From the human T2T-CHM13v2.0 reference genome, Homo sapiens, in NCBI RefSeq assembly GCF_009914755.1, contig NC_060929.1: a stretch of DNA of 64,000 nucleotides, one strand, 5' to 3'. Made by a program: the position numbers and the translations under genes. Positions 1 to 15,107 of this stretch are shown piece after piece; the first letter of the stretch is position 1; each line of letters begins with the position of its first letter. The notes under the pieces were generated by a model, which was given only the letters and a program-made list of their open reading frames with translations, did not search any database and was not told the DNA's origin.

Positions 1-172
1 GTAGCTGGGACTACAGGTGCCTGCCACCATGCCCGGCTAATTTTTTGTATTTTTTTAGTAGAGACGGAGTTTCACCGTGTTAGCCAGGATGGTCTCGATC
101 TCCTGACCTCGTGATCCTCCTGCCTCGGCCTCCCAAAGTGCTGGGATTACAGGCGTGAGCCACTGCACCCAA
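1..172 (-). mobile_element. Alu (AluY-like), cut by window edge
   Basis: Alu consensus match. Confidence 0.92.
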
Positions 173-330
173 ACCCCTCTTGAAATTTATATTTTAGTTG
201 AAATATAACTAAAATGAAAATGTTTTTTTTCCTCGAACAGGTTCTACGGGAAAAAGTTTTTTGGCATCAATTATTCTGTTGATCAGTTCATTACTGTGCT
301 TTAAATTCTTACCATCATTCAAATGAAAAC

Positions 331-518
331 AATATATATAGTATATTGTTTATATACTATGTATAAACAATATACTATATATATTTAGTATATAGTATAT
401 AGCTATTTACACCAGTATATAGTATATAGCTATATAGTATATAGCTACCAGTATATAGCTATTTACACCAGTATATAATATATAGCTATTTACACCAGTA
501 TATAGCTATTTACACCAG
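331..518. repeat. AT-rich 24-bp perfect inverted repeat plus ~20-bp minisatellite (tatatagctatttacaccag, 4 copies)
   Basis: 331-354 is the exact reverse complement of 362-385; units at 396, 452, 479 and 499. Confidence 0.9.
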
Positions 519-580
519 TGCTACCCAAAATGTGGGCTGTGGACCAGTGCTTATCCATATGAGATAATTATAAAACTTGA

Positions 581-870
581 GGCTGGGTGTGGTGGCTCAC
601 GCCTGTAATCCCAGAAGTTTGGGAGTCCAAGGCAGGTGGATCACGAGGTCAGGAGTTCAAGACCAGCCTGGCCAAGATGGTGAAACCCCGTCTCTACTAA
701 AAATACAAAAATTAGCCAGGCGTGGTGGTGGGCACCTGTAATCCCAGCTACTTGGGAGGCCGAGGCAAAGAATAGCTTGAACCTGGGAGGTGGAGGTTGT
801 AGTGAGCTGAGACTGTGTCACTACACTCCAGCCTGGGTGACAGAGCAAGACTCTGTCTCAAAAAAAAAAA
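581..870 (+). mobile_element. AluS
   Basis: Dimeric Alu with A-tail. Confidence 0.95.
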
Positions 871-889
871 TAAGAAAGTAAGCTGTAAA

Positions 890-1140
890 CTTATCTCATA
901 CTTTCTGAGGGTCAAGGATATGAGCACAGCGTAGTTAAATGTCTCTGGCTCATGAAGGTCCAGTCAAGTTATTATCTAGGGCAGTATTCTTATTTGAAGA
1001 TTTGACTAGAGGAGGATCCACTTCTATGGTCACTCACATGACCTCCTCACAGGGCTGTCTCACATGGCACCTGGCTTCCCCAGAGTTAGTAATCCAAGAG
1101 AGAATAAGAACATCTAAGATGGAAGTCCCATTCCATTATA
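890..1140. mobile_element. MaLR (MLT1-type) LTR fragment split by the L1; resumes at ~6682-6745
   Basis: MLT1-like motifs on both sides of the L1 TSD (gactagaggaggatccacttc...; ccatcacttct...ttagaagcaggtcac). Confidence 0.6.
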
Positions 1141-3051
1141 AACCATTTTTGATTTTTTGTTTTTTAACTTTTATTTTAGGTTCAGGGGTACATGTACACA
1201 TTTATTATATAGGTAAATTGCATGCCATGGGGTATGGTGTACAGATTGTCACCCAGGTAATAAGCATAGTACCTGATATGTAGTTTTTCAATCCTCTCCC
1301 TCCTCCCACCCTCCACCCTCAAGTAGGCTCCAGTGTCTGTTGTTCCCTTCTTTGTGTACTCAAAGTTTAACTGCCACTTATAAATGAGAACATGCAGTGT
1401 TTGGTTTTCTGTTTCTATGTTAGTTTGCTTAGTATGATGACCTCCAGCTCCATCCATTTTGCCTCAAAGGAGATGATCTCATCCTTTATTATGGCTATAT
1501 AGTATTCCTTTGTGTATATGTACCACTTTTTTTTTTTTAAATCCAGTCTACCATTAATGGACATTTAGGTTGATTCCATGCCTTTGCTATTGTGAATAGC
1601 GCTGCAATGAACAAGCACATGCATGTGTCTTTTATGGTAGAACGATGTATATTCCTTTGGATATATACCTAGTAATGGCATTGCCAGGTTGAATGGTAAT
1701 TCTGTTTTAAGTTCTTTGAGAAATTGCCAAACTGCTTTCCACAATGCCTGAACTAATTTACATTCCCACCAGTAGTGTATGAGTGTTTCCTTTTCACTAC
1801 AACTTTGCCAGCATCTGTTATTTTTTGATTTTTTAAAAATCACAATTCTGACTGGTGGGAGGTGATATCATTGTGATTTTGATTTGCAGTTCTCTAATGA
1901 TAAGTAATGTTGAGCATTTTTTCATATGTTTGTTAGCCACGTGTATGTCTTCTTTTGAAAAGTATTTGTTCATGTTTTTGCCCACTTTATAATGGGGTTA
2001 TTCTTTTTTTGCTTTAAAATTTTGTTTCAGTTCCTTACAGATGCTGGATATTAGACCTTTCTTGGATCCGTAGTTTGCAGAAATTTTCTCCCGTTCTGTA
2101 GGTTCTTTTTATTCTGTTGACAGTTTCTTTTGCTGTGCAGAACCTCTTTAGTTTAATTAGGTCCCACTTGTCAGTTTTTGTTTTTGTTGTAATTGCTTTT
2201 GGCATATTCATCATGAAATCTTAGCCAAAGCCTATGTCCAGAATGTTATTTCCTAGGTTATCTTCCAGGGTTTTTATGGTTTTAGGTTTTACATTTAAGT
2301 CTTGAATCCATCTTGAGTTGATTTTTGTGTATAATGTAATAAAAGGATCTAGTTTCAGTCTTATGGATGTGGCTAACCAGTTATCTCAGCACCATTTATT
2401 GAATAGGGAGTTCTTTCTCCATTGCGTGTTTTTGTTGATTTTGTCAAATATCAAATGATTGTAGGCATGTGGTTGTACTTCTCAGTTCTCTATTCTGTTC
2501 CATTTGTCTGTGTGTCTGTTTTGTACTGCTACCGTGCTGTTTTGGTTACCATATCCTTGTAATATAGTTTGAAGTCTGGTAATGTGATGCCTCCAGCTTT
2601 GTTCTTTTTGCTTAGGGTTACCTTGGCTATTCGAGCTCTTTTTTGGTTTCATAGGAAATTTAAAATAGTTTTTTCTAGTTCTAGGTTTGTGAAGAGTGTC
2701 CTTTGTAGTTTGATGGAAATAGCGCTGAATCTGTAATTTGCTTTGGGAGCATGACTATTTTAACAATGTTGATTCATTCTATCCATGAGCATGGAATATT
2801 TTTCCATTTGTTTGTGTTATCTCTGATTTCTTTGAGCAGTGTTTTTTAATTCTCATTGTAGAGCTATTTCACCTCCCTTTCAATACCTAGTTAGATATTT
2901 TATTCTTTTTGTGGCTATTGGGAATGGGATTGCATTCCTGATTTGGCTGTCAGCTTGGAGGTTGCTGGTGTACAGGAATGCTACAGATTTTTGTACAATG
3001 ATTTTGTATCCTGAAGCTTTGCTGAGGTTTATCACATCAAGGAGCTTTTGG

Positions 3052-3350
3052 AGCTGGGCGTGGTGGCTCATGCCTATAATCCCAGCACTTTGGGAGGCCA
3101 AGGCAGATGGATCACTTGAGGTCAGGAATTCAAGACCAGCCTTGCCAACATGATGAAACCCCATCTCTACTAAAAATACAAAAATTAGCTGGGCATGGTG
3201 GTGCATGCCTGTAGTCCCAGCTACTCAGGAGGCTGAGGCAGGAGAATCACTTGAACCTAGAAGGCAGAGGTTGCAGTGAGCTGAGATTGTGTCACTGCAT
3301 TGCAGCTTGGATGACAGAGCGAGACCCTGTCTTAAAAAAAAAAAAAAAAA
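3052..3350 (+). mobile_element. AluS inside the L1
   Basis: Dimeric Alu; agcttttgg TSD. Confidence 0.95.
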
Positions 3351-5419
3351 GCTTTTGGGCTGAGACCATGAGGTTTTCTAGGTACAGAATTATATTGTCT
3401 GCAAACAGGGATAGACTGACTTGGATTGGGTTTCGACTGTCTCCTGTATGTCGATGATCTTTGTTCCTATCCATATTCAGGGATGATGAGTTTGGTTCTT
3501 TCATATAATGGCATTTGGTCTATTACCTCCTGTACTGTTTTATTGTAATCCTTAGATTTCTTGGATTGGGTTCTGTCCAAATATGTTTGTTAGTTTGTTG
3601 CCTCAATGATATGTCTAATATTATCAGTGGGGTGTTACAATCTCCCACCATTATTGTGTGGTTATCTAAGTTTCTTCATAGGTCTCTAAGAACTTGATTT
3701 ATGAATCTTGATTTATGCACTCCTATGTTGAGTGCATATATATTTAGAAAAGTTAGGTCCTTTTGTTGAATTGAGCCCTTAACCATTATGTAATGTCCCT
3801 CTTTGTCTTTTTTGATCTTTGTTTATTTAAAGTCTGTTTTGTCTGAAATTACAATAGCAATCCATGCTTTTTTCTGTATTCTGTTTGCTTTGTAGATTTT
3901 TCTTCATCCCTTTACTTTGAGTCTGTGGATGTCATTGCATGTGATATGGGTCTCCTGAAGACAGCATACCATTGGATTTTGCTTCTTTATCCAAGTTATC
4001 ATTCTGTCTTTTAATTGGGGTGTGCATTCAAGGTTAGTATTGATGTGTGCGGATTTGATGCTGTCATGTTGTTAGTCGGTTATTATGAAGACTTGTTTGT
4101 GTTGCTGTTTTGTAGTGTCACTGGTCTGTGTAGTTAAATGTGCTTTTGTAGTGGCCAGTAACAGTCTTTCCTTTCCATAGCTAGCACTTCCTTCAGGACC
4201 TCAGTAAGGCAGGTATAGTGGTAACTAATTCAATTACCACTTACTTGTCTGAAAAGGATCTTATTTCTCCTTCATTTGTGAAGCTTGGTTTGGCTGGATA
4301 TGGAATTCTTGGTTGAAAATTTTTTTTTAAAGAATGCTGAATATAGGTCCCCAATCTCTTCTGGCTAATAAGGTTTCTGCTGACAAGTCTGCTTGTTAGC
4401 CTAATGGGGCTCCCTTTGTAGGTGCCCTCCCTCTTCTTTCTAGCTGCCTTTACATTTTTTCTTTCAGACCGTGGAGACTCTGATGACTATGTGCCTTTGG
4501 GATGATCTTGTGCAGTATTTCACAGGGGTTCTCTGCATTTCCTGAATTTGAATGTTGGCCTCTCTAGCAAAGTTCATGACAATTTCATGGACAATATCCT
4601 GAAATATGTTTTCCAAGTTGCTTACTTTCTCTCTCTCTCTTTTAGGGATGCAAATGAGTCATAGATTTGGTCTCTTTACATAATCACATTATTTCTTGGA
4701 GGTTTTGTTCAGTCTTCTTTATTGTTTTTTCTTTATTTTTGTGTGACTGGGTTATTTCAGAGAGCTACTCTTCAAGCTCTGAGATTCTTTCCTTACCTTG
4801 GTGGATTCTGCTGTTAATACTTGGGATTGCATTTTGAAACTCTTCTGATGTGTTTTTCATCTCTATCAGATGAGTTTGGTTCTTTCATATAATGGCCATT
4901 TGGTCTATTACCTCCTGTACTGTTTTATTGTAATCCTTAGATTTCTTGAATTGGGTTTTGACTGTCTCCTATATGTCAGTGATCTTTGTTCCTATCCATA
5001 TTCTGGATTCTGTCTCTGACATTTCAGCCTAGTTAAGAACCATTGCCTGGGAACTAGTGTGGTCGTTTGGAGGTAAGAGGACACTCTGGCTTTTTGAGTT
5101 GCTAGAGTTCTTGTGCTGGTTCTTTCTCATTTGTGTGGGCTCATATTCCTTCAGTTTTTGATGTTGCTGTCCTTTGGATGGATTTTTTTGCTTTTCTCTT
5201 CTTTGATGCCCTTGGGGATTTGATTATGGTATAAGGTGGATTCAGTTGATGAACTTTGATTCTAGTCTGTTCCTGGGTCTTGGAGGAGCGCTCTCTGATT
5301 ACTTTCTCTGTGCCTACATTTTTTGGGGGGTGTTCTGGTCCACAGGGCTTCCTCAGTCAGGTTCCTCAGTTGGCAGAGAGGCTGCATTCTTGCAACATCA
5401 GCCCTAATCTGCTATCTGT

Positions 5420-6150
5420 GTGCTTCCTGGGGAAACATGAGGTTGTGCCTGCCTGCAGAGTTCAGGTGGAAGTGGGAACCCTGGATTGGAAGTTCTCGTA
5501 GATGTGGCCCATCTGGCTACAAGAGGCAGGGTGGGTTGAATTGCCTGCTCTGCCATCTGGGTGTTTCCATGGCAACAGGAGGCTGTACCCCCGGCAAATT
5601 CAGGCAGAAGCAGGACCACTGGGCCAGAAGCTCTAGCAGGCATGGCTCACCTGGCTACCAGTGGTGGGGGTGGGTGGAGGCACCCACCCTGCCCCCTGGG
5701 TGTTTGCTGGGACAATAGTAGGCTGTGCCTACCAGCTGAGTTGCCATAGAAGCAGGACCCCTGGGCCGGAAGCTCTAGCATGTGTTGCCCCCCAGCTACC
5801 AGAGGCAGGGATGGGCAGGGTGACATGCTGTCTTGTCTGGGTGTTTACTGGGACAACAGGAAGCTGAGCCCTCCTGCTGAGTTCACACAGATGTGGAGCT
5901 GCTGGGCTGGAAGCTCTCACAAGCATTGCTTGCCTGGCTACCAGTGACGGGGGCGGGTAGGGTCATGTAGTTTGCTGTCCCAGCATTTCTTGGGATGACA
6001 GAAAGCTGCATCCTTCAGCTGAGTTCACACAGAAGCAGGACTGCTGGGCTAGAAGCTCTAGCAAGCATTGTCTGCCTGGCTACCTGTGGCAAGGGTAGAT
6101 GGAGTGGCCAGCCAAATTCTGGCTGAAGCAGGACCACTGGGCTGGAGGCT
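5420..6150. repeat. ~141-bp tandem repeat (about 5 copies) in the L1 5'UTR
   Basis: gaag(c/t)tct core recurs at 5489, 5627, 5769, 5910 and 6052. Confidence 0.9.
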
Positions 6151-6811
6151 GTTGCTGAGCCCCATCCAGCAAGGAGTAGTGGAGAAATCTTACTGCTTTC
6201 AGGCACTGCAGTGGCGGCCTCTATTGAGGCTATAACACTGGTGCTGATCTGCTCCGGGGCGCAAAGCTTGTAGAGGTGCCCTTGGGCTTCAGAATTGCCT
6301 CCACCAAACATCTCAGTGGCTCTGCCTCAGTCTAGAAGCATGGGGGTGGGGGGCACAGGGTGGTCAGGGGGAATCTCCCATTCCCAGTCTTGCACAGGTT
6401 TCTGTGGAAAGTGTGAATCCCCCTGGGGGCTCTCACTCACCGTTTGCGGTGTTGGTTAGGTTCTCCTGGCTCTGTGCTCAGCCCAGACAAGCTGGTGCCC
6501 ACCTTCATTCCTCCGTGCTCTCTGTGTTTCCCTGCTGCCTTGATAGATCTCAACGTTGTTTCTCAGATGATCAGCTTGCAGGGTCAGTGTTCAGTAGCCC
6601 TTTTGCTTATTCTCTGTGAGAGCAATGCGCATGAGCTGCTTCTAGTCTGCCATCTTGGCCCCCCTAACCTAACCCATTTTTAGATGTTACATTCCATCAC
6701 TTCTACTTCTGCTATAATCTATTTGTTAGAAGCAGGTCACTTAATTACACATTATGGCATTAGTTTGTTGTGCCTTTTGTGCTTTTCCTAGCATCTGTGA
6801 AGTATTATTGA

Positions 6812-7223
<412 letters not shown>

Positions 7224-7647
7224 TCAAATTTTATTTTTTAGTGTACTTTGTAGTATAGAAATAAGTACTTCATATGCTGGAGGTAGCTGTTAACATTTTA
7301 TGAATTTTCATAATGCTATACCATGTGCACATTTTTTAAAGTCTTCTTAAAATAAACAGCATATTTGGATCTCATTAATTTAAAAAAGTTACCAGTAAGT
7401 CTGGACTGCTTTTTCTTTTATGAAAAAAATTAAGCTAACTTAAACCACATATTAAGCTAACATAAACCACATATTGTGATAGTTTGATGAACTAATCTAG
7501 CTCGGTGTTTTGCAATGTTTTTTAACTCATGCTTTCTTTCATAAACCTTCCATTAGTGTTTTTTGAAACTTCAAAAAAAATAAATGTTACTAAATACAAA
7601 CCAAGTTATAGTATCTCAGAGGAGAGAGAGATATCATCTCATCAATT

Positions 7648-7724
7648 TTTTTTGGCAGGGGTGGTGGGAGCTTTCTGGTGAAGACCGGAAAACCTGTTAG
7701 ACAAATTCTGAAAAACTGTAACAT
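7648..7724 (-). pseudogene. U7 snRNA retropseudogene
   Basis: Reverse complement aatgttacagtttttcagaatttgtctaacaggttttccggtcttcaccagaaagctccc resembles U7 (Sm site AATTTGTCTA, 3' hairpin); oligo-A tail; perfect 14-bp TSD tcatctcatcaatt (7634-7647, 7725-7738). Confidence 0.9.
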
Positions 7725-7826
7725 TCATCTCATCAATTGAGAATAATTATTTTTACTAATTTAGTGTAAATCCTAGATGCCGTTGTTTATTATCAGATGC
7801 TTTTTATATAATATGTGTTTAAGTGG

Positions 7827-8167
<341 letters not shown>

Positions 8168-8559
8168 TAATAATAGTTTCCAAATGGACTGTCAGTATTT
8201 TAAAAGTAAGGCTCTTTTTAACATTGTGCTCTTAAAAGAATAAAAGATTATTAAGGAAGGTATGTGATTATGTTTCTAAATCATTTTGGCTTAATCACTC
8301 CAAGACCACAACTTCTTGCTGCTTTTTTTTTTTTATCATGTTTTGGCAAGTCCCGAAGCAGTATTTTTGGGATGTTTAATTTTTTTGTTTCTGGTATTTA
8401 GGCATGTATGATATGACTAGGAAGAAAATAGAATAATGATTTTCAGAGCTGATTTGCTATGGAAACCATCTTTTAAAATTCATCAATATTAAACAACTGT
8501 TATTGCGGTCTTTGAGTTGGTAACAATCGCAATGTATGTTAGTGTTCACACAAATATTT

Positions 8560-8822
8560 CTTTTTCTTTCTTTTCTTTTTTTTGAAACAGGGTGTCTCTG
8601 TCACCCAGACTGGAATGCAGTGGCACTATCATGGTTTACTGCAGCCTAGACCTACTAGGCTTCAGAGATACTCCCACTTCAGCCTCCCACGTTTAATTTT
8701 TTTTTTATAGAGACAGGCGTCTTACTCTCTTGCCCAGGCTGGTCTCAAACCCCTGGGCTCAAGCAATCCTCCTGCCTTGGCTCCCCAAAGGGCTGGGATT
8801 ATAGGCATAAGCCACCACACCC
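8560..8822 (-). mobile_element. AluJ with internal deletion
   Basis: Diverged Alu. Confidence 0.85.
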
Positions 8823-9351
8823 TACTTGCATAAATATTTCTAAGGAATTTGGAGAGTCAAATAAATGAAGTTTACTATGAGCTTTCCCCTTTTTGTAGGT
8901 TACCCATTTATTCTTTTAAATTAGTGATAGAATACATATGAAGAAATTATAGAAGAGCTGTAAAGTAGCATCAGTAGAACAGAGATCTAAGGAAATATTT
9001 GAGATTTTTATCTAAAATTTCATTTGAACAGGGTTATGTTGCTAAGGAGTTTTAAACCCCTGCCATACACTATTAGAGCTGTAAGAAAACTAAAAAGTCA
9101 GGAGCAGTGGATCAAGAAACAATATCAAGGTTAGAACTCAGAAGAAACTTAGGAGCAGTTTGGCAAAGGGGACAATTGAAAGGATCATTTTTCCAGGACA
9201 GGAAAATAATAATAGCTTATACAACTCTTTTTGATTTTATTAGATATTTTGCTTCCAATAGTGTGGAGCGTAGTGTGAAGATAAATAGCACAGTATCTCA
9301 ATTTCTTATTTGTAGTGTAGCCCTATCCTATTATCCTGGCTTCTGTTGTAA

Positions 9352-9666
9352 TTTTTTTTTTTTTTTAAAGACACAGGCTTCATCACCCTGTCTCTTAAAA
9401 ACTCTTCTCTGTTGTCCAGGCTGGAGTGCAGTGGCATAACCGTGGCTGACTGCGGCTTCGAACTCCTGGGCTTAAGCAATCCTCCTGCCTCAGCCTCCCG
9501 AGTAGCTGGGACTACAGGCACATGTCAACACACCTGGCTATTTTTTTGTGTAGACAGGGTCTCACTATGTTGCCCAGGCTGGTCTTGAGTTCCTAACCTG
9601 AAATGATCCTTCCATCTTGGCCTCCCAAAGTGCTGTAATCACAACCCTGAGCCACTGCCCCTGGCC
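9352..9666 (-). mobile_element. AluJ
   Basis: Diverged Alu. Confidence 0.88.
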
Positions 9667-10068
9667 TAATTTTATATTAAAATTGTAATATTCTAGATTG
9701 TAGAGCTTAAAAAATACAGTACCAAAAAAGGTACTACAGGAGAAATGTTTTCTCGTTTTCTAAGGACATTAGTATGAACTGTCCCTTAAGACCTGTGCAT
9801 TTTACTGAAACAAAATTAGTCTGTTTAGCATCACTTTTATATAGATAGGTATTTTTGCCGACATCTAGTGCCCAAAGAAACTCCCAGCCTATCTCCTTCA
9901 TGTTGATTCAGCATTCCAAGAAACAATCAACTCCTATAAGATAAAAACTTAGATTTTCACACTTTTGAGTATGTTTATTTCTGAGTTAAAGTTTTCATTG
10001 TTAAAGAACCTGGAAGGCTTTTTATAAAATATGCAACTCATCATCCAAATAGAAACTTAAAAACTTGG

Positions 10069-10449
<381 letters not shown>

Positions 10450-11639
10450 TCAGAATATTATTCATCCTGTCGAAAGAAGATAATTTCCACTTATTGTTCT
10501 ATAAGAATGAATTTAATGTCTTTAGGATGAAGTAGAGTATAGATTTTTAAATTTCCCTCTGTCCCATTCTTCTTCACTAGAACCAATTAAATGAATAAAA
10601 AAAGGAGAAAGGCAGTAGAAGAGAATACATGCATGGTTCTCACAAGGCAGGCCTTCTGTCTCTGGTAAAAAACTTGAGTTTTAGTGTATATACTCTTGGT
10701 TTAGGATCTGTGGAATTTCATTATTTCTGTTCTTTCTCTCAGTGACACATGTAAATGAGAAAATCATTCAAATCCAGTCTAAAATAATTTTTAAAGTTTT
10801 TTCCTCTTGTTTTGCAAAAATATTAAAAGCTAAAGCTAAAAATTCAAAGTTGCACCTATACTTTCATTTTTGTCATACAAAAATTGTGGCCATATGGTTT
10901 CAGTGTATGTTTTCATGTATCTGTATGTAAAATAATTGAAGAACATGGAAAAATAATCTGTTAAAGTCTTGAATTGTGATTTTTTATTTTCTTGAAATTT
11001 CAAAAAGTATTTTTGCAATAAATGAAAATGAAAAAGGAAATTTTAAAGTAGATCATATAAGATGTATTGGTTTGAAAATTACTACTTTAAATGTAGAGTA
11101 ATATCCCTAATTCAATTCATTGTATTTAAATTTATAGAGAATAACGAGCATTTAATCACATTCTGAAATTTTGTGCTGGGTGCTAAATCTGTTCAAAGTA
11201 TTAAATATTTGAATATTTGGGAGATTCAAAATAGTATTTGTCCTTAAAGTATATAAAGGTTTTCTGAGGAAATTATTGCATTTGGTTATTTATAGTATAT
11301 TAGAAATAGGAAACAAGCTCCACCTAGGAACTTACTGTAGTTTAGCCTTTCGTATTCATACTTCTCTCTCTCTTCCCGCCACCTCTCTCTCCCTCACTCT
11401 CCCTTTCCCCCATCCCCTGTCTCCTCCCCTTCTCTCTTATTACTTTTGGTATATTTTGCATATTTTCTGGTAGATTAATTCCAGGTGACTTTGATCACAG
11501 TGTGGTTTTTTATATAGCTTTGTTTACCTCTTATAGGTGGGAGGAGGCCTACCACACTAAAACTTTTTCCTTAGAATTCTTTCTTAAAAATTCTAAGTTT
11601 CCATCTTTATTACCACCAAAAACAAAAGTTTGCCTTATA

Positions 11640-11773
11640 TGTGTGGGTATATATATGTGTGTGTGTGTATATACACATATACACATATATATACACATAT
11701 ATACACATATACATATATACACATATATATATACACATATATACATATATATACATATATGTATATATATGTA
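11640..11773. repeat. Compound (TG)/(TA)/(TACACA) microsatellite
   Basis: Direct inspection. Confidence 0.95.
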
Positions 11774-12760
<987 letters not shown>

Positions 12761-12887
12761 GTAATTAGGTATCAATAAGCAGGAAGGTAGCAAAAAACTA
12801 ACTTTACCTATCTCACAATTTTGCCTTGTCCCAGGATTGCCCATAGCCCAATTCTTTTGATTCAAGCACCAAAACCAACTCTTAGAG

Positions 12888-13204
12888 TTTTTTGTTTGTT
12901 TGTTTGGTTTGGTTTTTTTGAGACAGGTTCTTGCTCTCTTGCCCAGGCTGGAGTGCAGTGGCATGACCATGGCCTACTGTAGCCTTGACCTCCCAGGCTC
13001 AAGTGAAACTCCCAACTCAGACTTCCAAGTAGCTTGGACTACAGGTGCGCATCACTACACCTGGCTAATTTTTTACTTTTATTTTTGTAGACATGAGTCT
13101 CACTGTGTTACCAGGGCTGGTGTTGAACTCCTGGGCTTAACCAATCCTCCTGCCTTGGCCTCACAAAGTGCTAAGATTACAGCCATGAGATGCTGCACCC
13201 GGCC
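12888..13204 (-). mobile_element. AluJ
   Basis: Diverged Alu; tc(t/a)agagttttt TSD. Confidence 0.9.
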
Positions 13205-13305
13205 TCTTCTCAAGAGTTTTTTGGCTAAGCAATTAATATATGTGAAGAGTAGGCATTCAATAATATGTCTTTTCCTTTTATACATTTCATCTTTTAAAGG
13301 GCAAG

Positions 13306-13738
13306 GCAGCCAGGAGTTGTGGCATGTGCCTTCAGTCTCAGCTATTTCGGAGGCTGAGGTGGGAGGATCACTCGAGCCCAGGAATTCAAGTCCAGCCTGG
13401 GCAACCCACCCCTGTCTCTAAAAAACAACAAGAGCCAGGTGTGGTGGCTCAGGCCTGTAATCTCAGCTCTTTGGGAGGCTGGGACAGATGGATCACTTGA
13501 GTAGTTTGAGACCAGCCTGGCTAACATGACGAAACCCCATCTTTACTAAAAATACAAAAATTAACCAGGCATGGTGGTGTGCACCTGTAGTTCAAGCTAC
13601 TTGGGAGGCTGAGGCAGGAGAATCGCTTGAACCCAGGAGGCGGAGGTAGCAGTAAGCCGAGATCACACCACTGCACTCCAGCCTGGGTGACAGAGTGAGA
13701 CTTTGTCTCTGAATGAATGAATGAATGAATGAATGAAT
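13306..13738 (+). mobile_element. FLAM monomer plus Alu with (GAAT)n tail
   Basis: Alu consensus matches. Confidence 0.88.
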
Positions 13739-14021
13739 ATGAATAACAACAATGACAAACCCAGAAATATATGGGCAAGACAGCTTAAATGTAGGATGTT
13801 TGCATTTAGCCACTTCACTCTTTAGTAGTGAAGGTATGGTGAAATTATGACTGAATTACATTCACCTGCTTTACTAGACAATGACAGGTAATTGGATTAA
13901 TGAAGCGTAAGGCAAAATATAGAGTAATTTTAGCTCAGTGTGATAGTCGAAGGGAAAAAAATTCAAATGATAACAAAAAACCAACCTATATTCCCCTGGG
14001 CACTACGAAATAACATCTATA

Positions 14022-14190
14022 CCAGTGGTTCTTGTACTTTGGGACACATTGGAATTACCTGGGCATCTCTTTAAAATACTCCTATCTGGCTTCTACTCCC
14101 AGACCTTCTGATTTATTTGGTATGGGAGGAGCTTTGGCGTCACAGCTCTCCAGGTGGGCCTAATGTGCAGCAAAGTTTGAGAACTACCAT
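14022..14190. mobile_element. MER5A-type hAT MITE
   Basis: cagtggttct...tttgagaactac ends. Confidence 0.75.
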
Positions 14191-14454
14191 GATGTATACT
14201 TTTTTTCCTAGTGAAACTACCACTAATAGTCACAGTATTCAGAGTCCCTTCCAAAATTCTTTTTATTCTTTGCTGGTGCCAAAAACAGAAGCAACATTGT
14301 TAAGGGAAGATCCTCAAGGCAGAGTGGAGTAAATGAGTGCCCTCTCTAAATCATACAAATAAGTCACAATCGTAATTTATTTTAGATTCATGACAGCTGT
14401 TCATCTGGCCACTTATTTATAGCATACATGATCCCCAAATTGGAGGCAACCGTA

Positions 14455-14650
14455 ATGTCATGGAGTGCATCAGAGTTGAAGTAAAAAGGCTTGCATTCAA
14501 ATCCCAATTCTTCCACTTACTAACAGTTATGATGGGCAATTCATTCAATCTTGCTGAAGTTCTCATTTTTTTCTCCCTAATATGAAAATAACCAGATCTG
14601 TTTTGCATGGTTGTAAATATCTTTAAAAGCTAATGTATGTGAAGATAAAC
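14455..14650 (+). mobile_element. MIR
   Basis: ttcaaatccc...ccacttact...gggcaattc...ttctcat MIR core. Confidence 0.65.
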
Positions 14651-15107
14651 TATAAAGTATATAAAGATATTAAATAATTATTATCTGAAAGGATTTTTCT
14701 TAACCTTAGAGATGACGTAACTTTCTAGGTTTTTTTTTCTGTATTTTTTCATTGCCTTAAGAAGGAGATCTGCATACAGTAGATAATAAATGCATTTGAA
14801 CTTAACGTGTATAGTAGAGGAAGTATTATTTTGTATTTCTATACCATGTTTTAATCTGGGTAGAAACGTAAGTTTTCTACTCATGCCTGGGTTCCAACAC
14901 ATGTGTTGCCACTTGTTAGCAAATTTGTGTCAGTAGACATGTTCTAAGAGTCAGGTTTGTTATCTTTTTGTATGGCGAATAATATCTATCTTTCAGGGCT
15001 GTTATGGCCCTCACATGTAGTGCCGTAAGCATAGTAGCTAGAATGGAGCATGCAGAAAATGCTAATTCCTTTCTTCTCTCCAAGAATATCATAATCTTGT
15101 GATAGTA

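Larger units (their letters stand above)
1151..6669 (-). mobile_element. Older primate L1 (L1PA13-16/L1PREC-like) with both ends, internal ORF2 deletion and an Alu insertion
   Basis: L1 3'UTR at 1151, ORF2 and ORF1 remnants, 5' end reads gggggccaagatggcagactag; TSD taa(a/c)ccattttt at 1139-1150 and 6670-6681. Confidence 0.88.

Noticed and set aside
396-518. Repeat-spacer look (CRISPR-like)
   Set aside because: The spacers are sub-repeats of the same AT-rich unit; eukaryotic intron with no cas genes
5256-6683. Cluster of overlapping ORFs on both strands
   Set aside because: GC-rich L1 5'UTR repeats are naturally poor in stop codons
7429-7475. 22-bp tandem duplication (also a ~39-bp one at 6815-6888)
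   Set aside because: Ordinary slippage duplications with no functional cue
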